NCBI GenBank assembly: GCA_039585235.1
Contig: JBDGWG010000001.1
Location: forward strand, 1,022 to 65,021
Direction: 5' to 3'
Origin: Gemmatimonadota bacterium
GTDB lineage: Bacteria; Gemmatimonadota; Gemmatimonadetes; Palauibacterales; Palauibacteraceae
Length of the DNA: 64,000 bases
Below are positions 7,531-16,016 of the stretch, piece by piece; the first letter of the stretch is position 1; each line of letters begins with the position of its first letter. Below the pieces are notes generated by a model, which saw nothing but the letters and a program-made list of their open reading frames with translations, did no database searches and was not told the DNA's origin. The translations under genes were made by a program, and so were the position numbers.

Positions 7531-10425
7531 CTAGCGGTAGCCGATTAACGCCGAGTAGACGATGTGGAGAACCAGGAATATTCCGATCCCGAGCATCGTG
7601 AACCCCACGACCCCGAAGATCAACTCCACTCGGCGTGGGTACGGTGGCACGAGGCGCTCTTCGAACTCTCCTGAAGCCACCATGCGTTCGTATTCCCTCG
7701 GCTTGTCCCTCTTCAGCTCCTCCACGGGTACGCGCCCCGTGAAGATCACCGGATCCATAGGGAACTTGTCGAGCCGGAAGTGAGTGTTGAAGAAGTGGAT
7801 CGTGAAGATGAACGCCACGGCCAGCAGCGCCTCATCGCTGTGGATGATGGTCGCCACATTCACCAGCCAACCCGGCAGGATGATCGTGAACAGCTCGGGG
7901 AACCAGAGCAGAAGGCCCGTGGAGCCAATCACGAACATCCCCCAGAACACGGCGAAGTAGTCGAACTTCTCCCAATAGGTGTATCGTCCGTAGTCCGGCC
8001 GGGGTCCCCAGCCCATGAACCACCTCACGGAGGCCCTAAACTCCCGGACGTCCGTCTTGTTGAACACGAGCGAGTCGCGCGACGTGATGAACTGGAGCCA
8101 CGTCTGACCGGCGCGGATTCTCTGCTTGCGCGCGTCGAACAGATGGACGAAGAACACCGAGAACAGCGCGATGGCGCCGATCCTGTGCCACACCCCCATG
8201 GCCTCGTAGCCGCCGAGCAGCCAGGCGAGCGTCTGGGCCCATCCCATATACGAGAACTTCAGGGCCATGCCCGTCAGGGCGAGGAGCATGAAGCTGACCA
8301 TCATGACGCCGTGCATCGATCTCTGGAACTTCGTGAAGCGTCGGTACTGCAGCGGTGGATCCGCTCCTTCCTCTGCCGCCACCGGCTCGTGTTTCCAGTC
8401 CTCCGGCGATCGCCACAGGCGCCACAGCCAGGCGAAGGTGTGAATACTGGCGAAGGTCAGAGTCCCGATCAGAAGGCTCGCCATGAACCAGAAGGTCCAG
8501 AACAGCCAGGGGTATTGCTCCGGGTCGTGGTGCGTTGCGTGCGTCAGATACCCCGTGAAACGCCGGTTCGCCCCCGGATGGCACTGAGCGCATGTCTCGA
8601 CGATGTTCCGGCGACTGAGGGTCGACGCCGGTTCCGTCGTGGGGAGGACGTTGTGCGTGCCGTGGCAATCGTAGCACTTGGCCGCGGTGGCCGCCCCGGC
8701 TCTGGACACCTTCCCGTGGTACGTATCGAAGAAGGTCTCTGATTCGTCCTCGTGGCACCTTCCACACTGGCTCATCATCAGCATGCGAAAGTCGTCGCGA
8801 TCCGTACGGCTGATCGTGTGCGACGTGTGGCAATCCTCGCACGTCGGGTAGTTGTGATCCCCCCCTCCGTTGGCGAAGTCGCCGTCTTCGGGCCAGTGCA
8901 CGCTTTCGCGGAACTGCTCTTCGATCCCGTGGTGACACTCGCCGCACGTCCCGGCGACGTTGTTCGGATTGATCGTAGAGGCGGCTTCCCCGGCGGGCAG
9001 CTCCGTGTGCGCCCCGTGACAGTCGGTGCAGGTCGCCGTGACTACGAGTCCGCTCTGGAGCAGTCCCTTGCCGTGGATGCTCATCTCGTAGCCCTGGACG
9101 ATATCGGCTCCGGTGCGCTCAATCCGCCGCGCCGCCGGTTCTCCCGCCATATGGCACCGGGAGCACAGGTCCGGAACGTTGCGCGGATAGATCGGCGAGG
9201 ATGGATTCGTTTGCTCGAACTCCGCGTGGCGCTCGTGGCAGTCGCCGCACGTGGGCGCGTCTGCGTCGCCTTGAGCCGCCAGCGTTCCGTGCATGCTGGA
9301 GCCGAATTCCTCTATCTGCACCGGGTGGCAGATGGCACAGTCAACCTCGGGCTCGATCGCCTCACACGGCCGTTCCTCGTAGATCGGTGTCACGTCGACG
9401 TGACACTGGGAGCACCCCGTCTCGGCATGCCCGGACTCGGCCCTCACCGACTGGTCTACGAAGAGGGATCGCTGCACCCCCCCCTCCTCTTCGACCACCA
9501 ACTCGGGGTCTCCGTGGCATTCCAGGCAGTCCTGTGTCGCGACCCCGGCGTCGTAGAACACGCGGCGGATCTTGTGCGGTTGATGGCAATCCACGCAGGG
9601 CGGGATTTTGTGCGGCTCTTCCTCCCACAGGCGTCCCTCGATGGCCTGCAGGTGAACCTCCTCGATCCTGCCGTGGCACTGCATGCACGTTCCGGCCACG
9701 TTCTCGGCGTGGATGCTGGATCGGTCGTCGGTGTGGGGAAGGATGAAGTGCGATGTGTGACAGGACGTGCAGACGGCCGTGACCGTCAGTCCCTGCTGGA
9801 ACAGTCCCGCCCCATGAATGGAAAGAGAGTAGTTCTCCAGGATCCGGTCCTGGGGGATGTCGAGTCTCTCCGACACCTCCGTACCTTCCTGGTGGCACTC
9901 GCCGCACAGGAAGGGGATGTTCATCACCGACGTGGACGAGGCCGGATCGCGGGAGGAGCGTACGTCATGTGTGCCGTGGCAGGTCGCACACGAGGGCGCG
10001 AGCGGGTCGCGCCGCGCGGCTGCCTGCCCGTGCAGGGACTGGTTGTGTTCAGCCCGCTGCGTGCCATGACACCGACCGCAGGTCGCGGGCGCCCGGTCTT
10101 CCGGGTGCGGGAACGTGAGGCCCTCGTGACAGTCCACACACCGCAGGCGGCCGTGGATCGAAGCGTCCAGCGTCTCACGTGTGACCACGAATCGGTCGCC
10201 GTCATCCCGGCTTTCCCAGAAAGCAGGGTTCGCGTGGCACATGAGGCAGTCGACTTCCTGTGCCTCCACTCGGTCCGGGAGGAGAGCGACCAGCCCGATC
10301 GCCAGGGCGATCCCGATCGTGCCTCGATATGCGGTCAGAGTCCGCAAGTCCATCGGATCTCCGGATATGTGGTATGTGTGAGTTCGTTTCCTTGGCCCGG
10401 ACACACCGCGACGCTCGACCGGCAA
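7531..10425 (-). CDS. Fusion protein: ~19-heme c-type cytochrome domain + C-terminal dihaem cytochrome b (HydC/FdnI-like) membrane domain
   Basis: About 19 CXXCH in the first ~630 aa. The C-terminal ~330 aa has 4-5 TM helices with conserved His (WHRIGAIALFSVFFVHLF; IIHSDEALLAVAFIFTIHFF), typical of membrane cytochrome b of the formate dehydrogenase/hydrogenase gamma family. The start may be the internal ATG at 10353 (MDLRTLTAYRGTIGIALAIGLVALL). Confidence 0.85.
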   Translation of the reverse strand: MPVERRGVSGPRKRTHTYHISGDPMDLRTLTAYRGTIGIALAIGLVALLPDRVEAQEVDCLMCHANPAFWESRDDGDRFVVTRETLDASIHGRLRCVDCHEGLTFPHPEDRAPATCGRCHGTQRAEHNQSLHGQAAARRDPLAPSCATCHGTHDVRSSRDPASSTSVMNIPFLCGECHQEGTEVSERLDIPQDRILENYSLSIHGAGLFQQGLTVTAVCTSCHTSHFILPHTDDRSSIHAENVAGTCMQCHGRIEEVHLQAIEGRLWEEEPHKIPPCVDCHQPHKIRRVFYDAGVATQDCLECHGDPELVVEEEGGVQRSLFVDQSVRAESGHAETGCSQCHVDVTPIYEERPCEAIEPEVDCAICHPVQIEEFGSSMHGTLAAQGDADAPTCGDCHERHAEFEQTNPSSPIYPRNVPDLCSRCHMAGEPAARRIERTGADIVQGYEMSIHGKGLLQSGLVVTATCTDCHGAHTELPAGEAASTINPNNVAGTCGECHHGIEEQFRESVHWPEDGDFANGGGDHNYPTCEDCHTSHTISRTDRDDFRMLMMSQCGRCHEDESETFFDTYHGKVSRAGAATAAKCYDCHGTHNVLPTTEPASTLSRRNIVETCAQCHPGANRRFTGYLTHATHHDPEQYPWLFWTFWFMASLLIGTLTFASIHTFAWLWRLWRSPEDWKHEPVAAEEGADPPLQYRRFTKFQRSMHGVMMVSFMLLALTGMALKFSYMGWAQTLAWLLGGYEAMGVWHRIGAIALFSVFFVHLFDARKQRIRAGQTWLQFITSRDSLVFNKTDVREFRASVRWFMGWGPRPDYGRYTYWEKFDYFAVFWGMFVIGSTGLLLWFPELFTIILPGWLVNVATIIHSDEALLAVAFIFTIHFFNTHFRLDKFPMDPVIFTGRVPVEELKRDKPREYERMVASGEFEERLVPPYPRRVELIFGVVGFTMLGIGIFLVLHIVYSALIGYR

Positions 10426-10462
10426 GTGCGTCCGCCTCCTTCACTGCAAGAAGCGGACACAA

Positions 10463-10502
10463 GTGTATCTTTCTATAAAATGTTGGTATGATAGCAAGTT
10501 AC
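10463..10502 (-). promoter_or_regulatory. AT-rich island in the 115-bp gap upstream of the 964-aa cytochrome gene; candidate promoter
   Basis: gtgtatctttctataaaatgttggtatgatagcaagttac is ~75% AT in an otherwise ~70% GC context. Contains TATGAT/TATAAA-like hexamers and lies in the only sizeable intergenic gap (10426-10540) inside the cytochrome array. Confidence 0.35.
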
Positions 10503-10540
10503 GACGGAGGACCCGGAGTCGAGTCCTCCGCCACGATGGG

Positions 10541-12520
10541 TCAAGATGTCACATGTTCGGTGGGTGCGTCCGCTTCCCCGGACTCGGTCGCCACTTTGTC
10601 TTCGTGCCCTGAAAGGCCGTTCTGCGCGTCATCACCGCCCGCGAGCTCCTCGTCATACCAGCGGCCGTGCACCGCCCTGGCCTCATGCTCGGGCATCTTC
10701 CCCGTCAGCCAGATCCAGCTCATCGGATAGACCTCGGGGTGGAACAGCACGAAGAAGAAGTGCCACACCACGATGGCCAGCGTGGCCAGCCAAGCCTCAT
10801 AGAAGTGGATGGTTTCAGAAATGGACACGATCCACGTGGGGAACAGCCCGGTGGCCCAGGAGGGGAACCACAGGACCACACCGGTGAGCGCCATGAGAAC
10901 CGTACCCCACACCAGCGCCCAGTACTCCGCCTTCTGGGTGTAATCGTACCGTCCGAATCGAGCCCGATGCGGGGAGCGCCACGTGTAGAAGCGCATGTTG
11001 TCGACGAATTCCTTCGCGTCCCTGACGTTAGGCGTCATCGCCTGGAACTCTTCCCTGCCGCGTTTCATGAACATGATGTACAGAACGTGGACGATCCCGA
11101 ATAAGATCAACCCGACGCCCAGCACGCGGTGCAGGGTCGATCGCACGGGTTCCGCCAGATAGGCGAGGCCCGTCACTCGCGCCCAGCCAGCTTCCGGGTA
11201 CCGGAGGGCGAATCCTGTGACGACCAGCAGGATGAAGGATGTGGCCAGCATGGCGTGCTGCGCGATCTGGATCCGGTCGAAGCGCAGGAAGCCTCGCTCG
11301 GCTCCATCCCGCCGCCGCTTCTCGACCATGTAGTAATTGAAAATGATCGCGTTGTGGATCGCCATTCCTCCGATGACGACCGCAATCAACGCGATATAGA
11401 TCGCGCGCACGATCCGCCGGCCCTTGTTCGTCGCGATCGAGGCTGCCCGATGGTCCCCTTCGTGACATTGCCGGCACGTGGCCACCACGTTGCCTTCCGC
11501 GACCGACGACTCCGGGTCGTCTGCCGGGAGCACGAAGTGGGTCGTGTGGCAGCTCACGCACGTGGCCGAGGTCTGACTGGCCCGCCGAGTCGCCCACCCG
11601 TGGTAGCTGTCGCTGTAGGAGAGGACAACCTCCTCCTGCAGACTGTACTTGGTGATGATCACGGGGTCGTTATGGCAATCGCCGCACAGCTGGGCAGCAA
11701 GATGCCCGGAGTGCGTACCGGCGTCGGGGTTGGCCGGATGCAGAATGAGGTGCTCGCCGTGACAGTCCGTGCACGTGGGGCTGTCGCTCACGCCCGCCGC
11801 CACCGCCCTGCCGTGGATCGAGCGGTCGTAGATCTCCGTGATGTTCCCGTGACACGCCCCGCACGTCGCCGACACGTTCCGCCGGTTGATCCTGGACTCG
11901 GGGTCTGAGTGACCCCTGAGATCGTGGACGCCATGACAGTCCGTGCAAGTGGCGGCCTCCGAGGGGCCGTTTCCATTCGCGGTCCCGTGCACGGAGCGGG
12001 CGTACTGCAGAGCCGGCGCCGGCAACTTCAGGTACTGATCGGTCAGCAGGCCACCCGTGCTGTGACACTCCGTGCACGTCTCGGCCACCCGCGCGTGGTA
12101 CGTGTGCGACTCCGGGTCGGTGCTCCGACGAATGTCGTGCGCCCCGTGGCAACCGGCACACGTCGGAGCCCGCGGGTTGCCGCGCTCCAGTGCGTACCCG
12201 TGCACGCTACCGGAATACTCTCGGCCTTCCCCGCCGTGGCACCCGCCGCAGCGAACCGGGGTGTACTCCTCGGGGTGGGGGTAGTTGAAGGCCTGGTGAC
12301 AGGTGATACAGGACATTCCGAAGCCGCCGTGCACCGAGCCGGCGAACTCTTCCTGCGTGACGACGAGGCGGGCGGAGTCTGCCCGTCCGGCGAAGTTGGC
12401 GGTATCTCCGTGGCAGGCGAGACAGAAACGGTTCTCCTGCGCGGAGAGACTGGTGGCGAATATGGCAACGCCAAGACCGGCCACCAGAATACGGGCTGGA
12501 TGGGGCCAATGGCTCAACAT
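10541..12520 (-). CDS. Fusion protein: 11-heme c-type cytochrome domain + C-terminal dihaem cytochrome b membrane domain (CbcL-like architecture)
   Basis: Signal peptide, eleven CXXCH in the N-terminal ~350 aa, then a ~300-aa polytopic domain with conserved His in TM helices (IAQHAMLATSFILLVVTGFAL; LHRVLGVGLILFGIVHVLYIMF; ETIHFYEAWLATLAIVVWHFFF). A paralogous architecture to 7531-10425. Confidence 0.85.
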   Translation of the reverse strand: MLSHWPHPARILVAGLGVAIFATSLSAQENRFCLACHGDTANFAGRADSARLVVTQEEFAGSVHGGFGMSCITCHQAFNYPHPEEYTPVRCGGCHGGEGREYSGSVHGYALERGNPRAPTCAGCHGAHDIRRSTDPESHTYHARVAETCTECHSTGGLLTDQYLKLPAPALQYARSVHGTANGNGPSEAATCTDCHGVHDLRGHSDPESRINRRNVSATCGACHGNITEIYDRSIHGRAVAAGVSDSPTCTDCHGEHLILHPANPDAGTHSGHLAAQLCGDCHNDPVIITKYSLQEEVVLSYSDSYHGWATRRASQTSATCVSCHTTHFVLPADDPESSVAEGNVVATCRQCHEGDHRAASIATNKGRRIVRAIYIALIAVVIGGMAIHNAIIFNYYMVEKRRRDGAERGFLRFDRIQIAQHAMLATSFILLVVTGFALRYPEAGWARVTGLAYLAEPVRSTLHRVLGVGLILFGIVHVLYIMFMKRGREEFQAMTPNVRDAKEFVDNMRFYTWRSPHRARFGRYDYTQKAEYWALVWGTVLMALTGVVLWFPSWATGLFPTWIVSISETIHFYEAWLATLAIVVWHFFFVLFHPEVYPMSWIWLTGKMPEHEARAVHGRWYDEELAGGDDAQNGLSGHEDKVATESGEADAPTEHVTS

Positions 12521-12735
12521 ATGGTGCCGCGTCCCTATTTGTGGTGGAGCGAGGGGGCTCCGGGCGGGAAACGCAGCACCATTCGTGCCGCGACGACGGC
12601 TCGCCGACCCGCTGCCTGGCGCGGAGATGCGAGCGAGGTGAAGTGCCTGCGTCAGAGCAAGTTACGGGAAGGCAGCCCCGAGTTTGGCAGGGCGGTCAGC
12701 GCAGGCCGCTCCGCCGGCTACGCCCAGAGGCCGGC

Positions 12736-14703
12736 CTATTGTCCCAGCGCCGGGACCTCATGGCACATCTCGCACGCTACCGGGGCGTTGTGCTCCACCC
12801 GGTCGGCATGGCACACCGTGCACACGTTGCGCGACCAGGCGGCCACGCCTTCGATTGCCTCACCGTGGCAGACGGCGCATCCCTGGTGAGCCCCGACGGG
12901 ATGGATCTGCAGGACGCCTCCCCGATGGCAGCTCAGGCACGTGGCTTCCGGCTGATGATGAGCGCCGTGACAGTTCTCGCACACATCAGCGCTCGGTGAG
13001 CCCGGGCTGTCGCCGTGGCACGTGGCGCACGCGAATCCGAGGGCCACGTGTGTCGGGTGAGGGAAATCTCCCGTGGCAGTGGTAATCGTGCCAGTCGGAG
13101 CGCGGGCGCCGCCCGCGTGGCACCGTTCGCACCCGATGGCTCCGCTGTGGTGACAGTCGGAGCACGCCGCCCGCGAGCCGAGAGCCATCCCGCCGTGCTC
13201 CTCCAGGCCCGTGTGACAGGCCGAGCACGGGAGGTTCGCCTCCTTCACATGCGGCTGATGCGAGAAGCGCGTACCCTGCCACACGCCTTCCTGGCGATCC
13301 ACGCCCAGGTGGCAGCCCAAACATGCGTTCTCCGCAACCGGTGTGCCGAGGCTCACCGTGGGCGGACGGTAGTCAAGACCGCCGCTTCGGGCGGCCCGAT
13401 CCACGTACTCCACGACCGCGCGCAGAAGCGCATCCGCATACCCTATGTTGTGTGCGCTCTGTCCCACCGAGACGAGTTCGACGTTGTCGGCCGCCAGGGC
13501 CAGCAAGCTGTCGGCCGTGGCGCGCTGCGCGAAAGAGCCGGTCCGGGGTGCCGAGGAGGCCGCTCGCACGATCGACGACACTCGCTTCAGCTTGCCGTCC
13601 ATCTCCGCCTGCCACGACGGCAGGATGTTGGCGTACTTGGTCCCGTGGCACGCCAGACAAGTAGCCTCCCCCGCCGCCTGGACCTGTTCGTGACCGGCGA
13701 TTTCACGTGGGAGGCCGTGGCAGCTCCCGCACGAGACACGGGCCTCGTACATGGCGCTCGGATCGTCCTCGGCGCCATGGCCTCCCGTGCCAGTGTACAG
13801 GTTGCGTTGCGCTGCGTGCGTACCCTGGTGGCAGGCCGTGCAGTCGAGCTCGAACGTGTCGGCGTGTGAGACCACCTCGTGCGCGATCGGCCGGTGACAC
13901 AGCTGACACTCCACGTTGTGCTCCCCGAGGTGCACCTCGTGCACAAGGGTCGCATCCGCGAACAGGGCGACCCTCTCCGGCTCGTTGTGACACCCGAAGC
14001 ACCGATCCTGCTCGGCCGCCCCGTCGCCCGACGTCACGCGGTCGTGACACGAGATGCACGATACCATGTCCCGCACGTACTGCGGATGATCGATCACGCC
14101 CGTCGCAGTGGTGATGAGCGGCGGTTCCACGTGGCAGCCCGTGCACCCGGCGATGGGCTCGCCTTCAGGGCGTCCCCGAAAGTGGCACAGAAAGCAGGTG
14201 CTCTTCGTGACCGCGACGTGATCTCCCTGCACGATCTGCGAGTGGCAGCTCGTGCACCGAAGCTGCTTGCCGCGCCGATGTGCAATCAGGTGATGCCGAT
14301 GGTCGAAGCGGACGCCGAGGAAAGTGAGCTCGCCCTCGATCTTGCGTGTCGAGTGGCACCCCGAACGCAGACACGCCGCATCCTCGATCTCGGCCCATGG
14401 CTTCGTCCCGTAGGTGCCCGTGACGTACTTCACGACCTGGTTGGCCGCCTGCATCTTTCCCATCGCCTCGGCCTTGATCCCGGGGGCGTAATGGCACTTG
14501 ATGCAGGGCACATCCTGGTGAGTGGAGGTCGTCCACGAATCGTAGTAAGGCTGCATGTTGTGGCAGTTCTTACAGAAACTGGGCCGCGCCGCGTACTCGA
14601 TGAACCCTACGGTCCCGAGCCCGGCCAACAGGATGAGGAGAATGATCCCCTGGACGACTACTCGAAGCAATCGCCTCCGCTTCTCGGGGTCGTGGCGGGT
14701 CAT
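12736..14703 (-). CDS. NapC/NirT/NrfH-family membrane quinol dehydrogenase module fused to a ~21-22-heme cytochrome c domain
   Basis: N-terminal TM (LLRVVVQGIILLILLAGLGTVGF) followed by the NrfH/NapC signature PSFCKNCHNMQPYYDSWTTSTHQDVPCIKCHY. The remaining ~580 aa carry ~19 more CXXCH plus one CX4CH (CLRSGCH). The internal ATG at 14703 is chosen as start (MTRHDPEKRRRLL) because it overlaps the TGA of the upstream gene as ATGA; the ORF track extends to 14799. Confidence 0.85.
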   Translation of the reverse strand: MTRHDPEKRRRLLRVVVQGIILLILLAGLGTVGFIEYAARPSFCKNCHNMQPYYDSWTTSTHQDVPCIKCHYAPGIKAEAMGKMQAANQVVKYVTGTYGTKPWAEIEDAACLRSGCHSTRKIEGELTFLGVRFDHRHHLIAHRRGKQLRCTSCHSQIVQGDHVAVTKSTCFLCHFRGRPEGEPIAGCTGCHVEPPLITTATGVIDHPQYVRDMVSCISCHDRVTSGDGAAEQDRCFGCHNEPERVALFADATLVHEVHLGEHNVECQLCHRPIAHEVVSHADTFELDCTACHQGTHAAQRNLYTGTGGHGAEDDPSAMYEARVSCGSCHGLPREIAGHEQVQAAGEATCLACHGTKYANILPSWQAEMDGKLKRVSSIVRAASSAPRTGSFAQRATADSLLALAADNVELVSVGQSAHNIGYADALLRAVVEYVDRAARSGGLDYRPPTVSLGTPVAENACLGCHLGVDRQEGVWQGTRFSHQPHVKEANLPCSACHTGLEEHGGMALGSRAACSDCHHSGAIGCERCHAGGARAPTGTITTATGDFPHPTHVALGFACATCHGDSPGSPSADVCENCHGAHHQPEATCLSCHRGGVLQIHPVGAHQGCAVCHGEAIEGVAAWSRNVCTVCHADRVEHNAPVACEMCHEVPALGQ

Positions 14704-16016
14704 CCTGCCACCCGGCTCGGATCCGAGCCCGGTTCGGTGCCCCGGAGACGCCACAGCCGGGAGCCGGCCAATACGATCGTGGCGAGCGCCAGGAACCACA
14801 CGGGGATGAGGAAGAGCTTGTGCTCCCAGCGCTCCTCGGCACTCACCTCGGCCTCCGCGACGATGTCACGCGAGATGGAGCCGACGACTCGCTCGAGGTC
14901 CTCGAGCCGCTCCAGATCCAGCGCGTGCTGCGCCGACGCCAGCTGCCGGTATTGAGTGAGGGCCGTGCGATAACGGAACCGCGTATCGCTGACCTCGTGC
15001 CCGGCCCGCACCAGCTCGTGGATCGCCTCCGCGGCCGCATCCATCTCCCGCTCGGCGCGCACGAGGATCTTCTCGATTTCCTCGCCCAGCACGGCGGGCG
15101 CGCTCGCCGGGGCGTGGCAGCCGGTGCACGTCGTGGCCACCAGATCCGGTGGGATTCGCTCCGTAAGGTGACTGCTGTGGCACGCCGTGCAGCCGAGAAG
15201 GACCCCCTCGGCCGTGGCCCTTCCGTGTGGCCCTTCATCGAGGGCCTTTCTCGTTCCGACGTGACACCGGCCGCACACGTTCGAGATCTCGCTCACATTC
15301 GGGGGCAGGGCCGCGTGAGACCCGTGGCACCCGATGCAGCTCGGCGCCGCGAAATTCAGATCCTCGAACAGGGCTGCGCCGTGCGCGCTCCGTCGGTGGC
15401 TGCGGACCTGATCCGTGGGGATGCCGTACGGTTCCATCAAGGCGTCGTCCTCGTGGCATACGGCGCACAAGGTCGGGATATTCAGAGGGTACGCACTGCT
15501 GCGAGCGTCGTCCGCTCGAAGCGTGGTGTGCGGATCGTGGCAGTCAGAGCACGTGGGGGCGTCCTCACTGCCTCGTTCCAGGAGGAGCATGCCATGTCGG
15601 CTGGTGCGCAGCTCGGCGATCTGGTCTGCGGGAAGACCGTACTGACGCATCGCGTCGGGATCAGCGTGACAGCTGGAGCACACCTCGACCGTAGCCAGCT
15701 TGCCCAGAGACCCGCGGAAGTCACCGCCGTGCGCCCCGGGAATCTCGAACGAGTCCGGGTCTCCTCCGTGACAGTCGTGGCACCGGACGTTTCTGTCGGA
15801 GTGCACTCCGAGCAGATACGCCCTCCTCTTGTCCGCGTGACAGATGAGGCAGCCGTACTGCGGGTCGATCCCGCCGGCTTCCTGCGGGACGGCCTCGCCA
15901 GAAACGACGTGCGCGCTGACGGACGCCTCTACCATGGGTGCGCGATCGAAGCCGGTAGCCGAAAAGATGCCTGCCATGACGAGGACAAAGCCGGCCTTCT
16001 TGAGCGTCGCGCTCAT
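14700..16016 (-). CDS. Nonaheme c-type cytochrome with C-terminal TM anchor (paralog of 2422-3675)
   Basis: Nine CXXCH (CLICH, CHDCH, CSSCH, CSDCH, CAVCH, CIGCH, CGRCH, CTACH, CTGCH). C-terminal helix LFLIPVWFLALATIVLAG. Blocks are collinear with the 417-aa nonaheme protein (e.g. EPYGIPTDQ conserved in both). Start overlaps the stop of the cytochrome b gene (16013-16016). Confidence 0.85.
   Translation of the reverse strand: MSATLKKAGFVLVMAGIFSATGFDRAPMVEASVSAHVVSGEAVPQEAGGIDPQYGCLICHADKRRAYLLGVHSDRNVRCHDCHGGDPDSFEIPGAHGGDFRGSLGKLATVEVCSSCHADPDAMRQYGLPADQIAELRTSRHGMLLLERGSEDAPTCSDCHDPHTTLRADDARSSAYPLNIPTLCAVCHEDDALMEPYGIPTDQVRSHRRSAHGAALFEDLNFAAPSCIGCHGSHAALPPNVSEISNVCGRCHVGTRKALDEGPHGRATAEGVLLGCTACHSSHLTERIPPDLVATTCTGCHAPASAPAVLGEEIEKILVRAEREMDAAAEAIHELVRAGHEVSDTRFRYRTALTQYRQLASAQHALDLERLEDLERVVGSISRDIVAEAEVSAEERWEHKLFLIPVWFLALATIVLAGSRLWRLRGTEPGSDPSRVAG

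Noticed and set aside
7780-10491. 320-aa and 579-aa plus-strand ORFs antisense to the 964-aa cytochrome gene
   Set aside because: No motifs and Arg/Pro/Gly-rich; the opposite strand encodes a protein with 19 CXXCH plus a cytochrome b domain.
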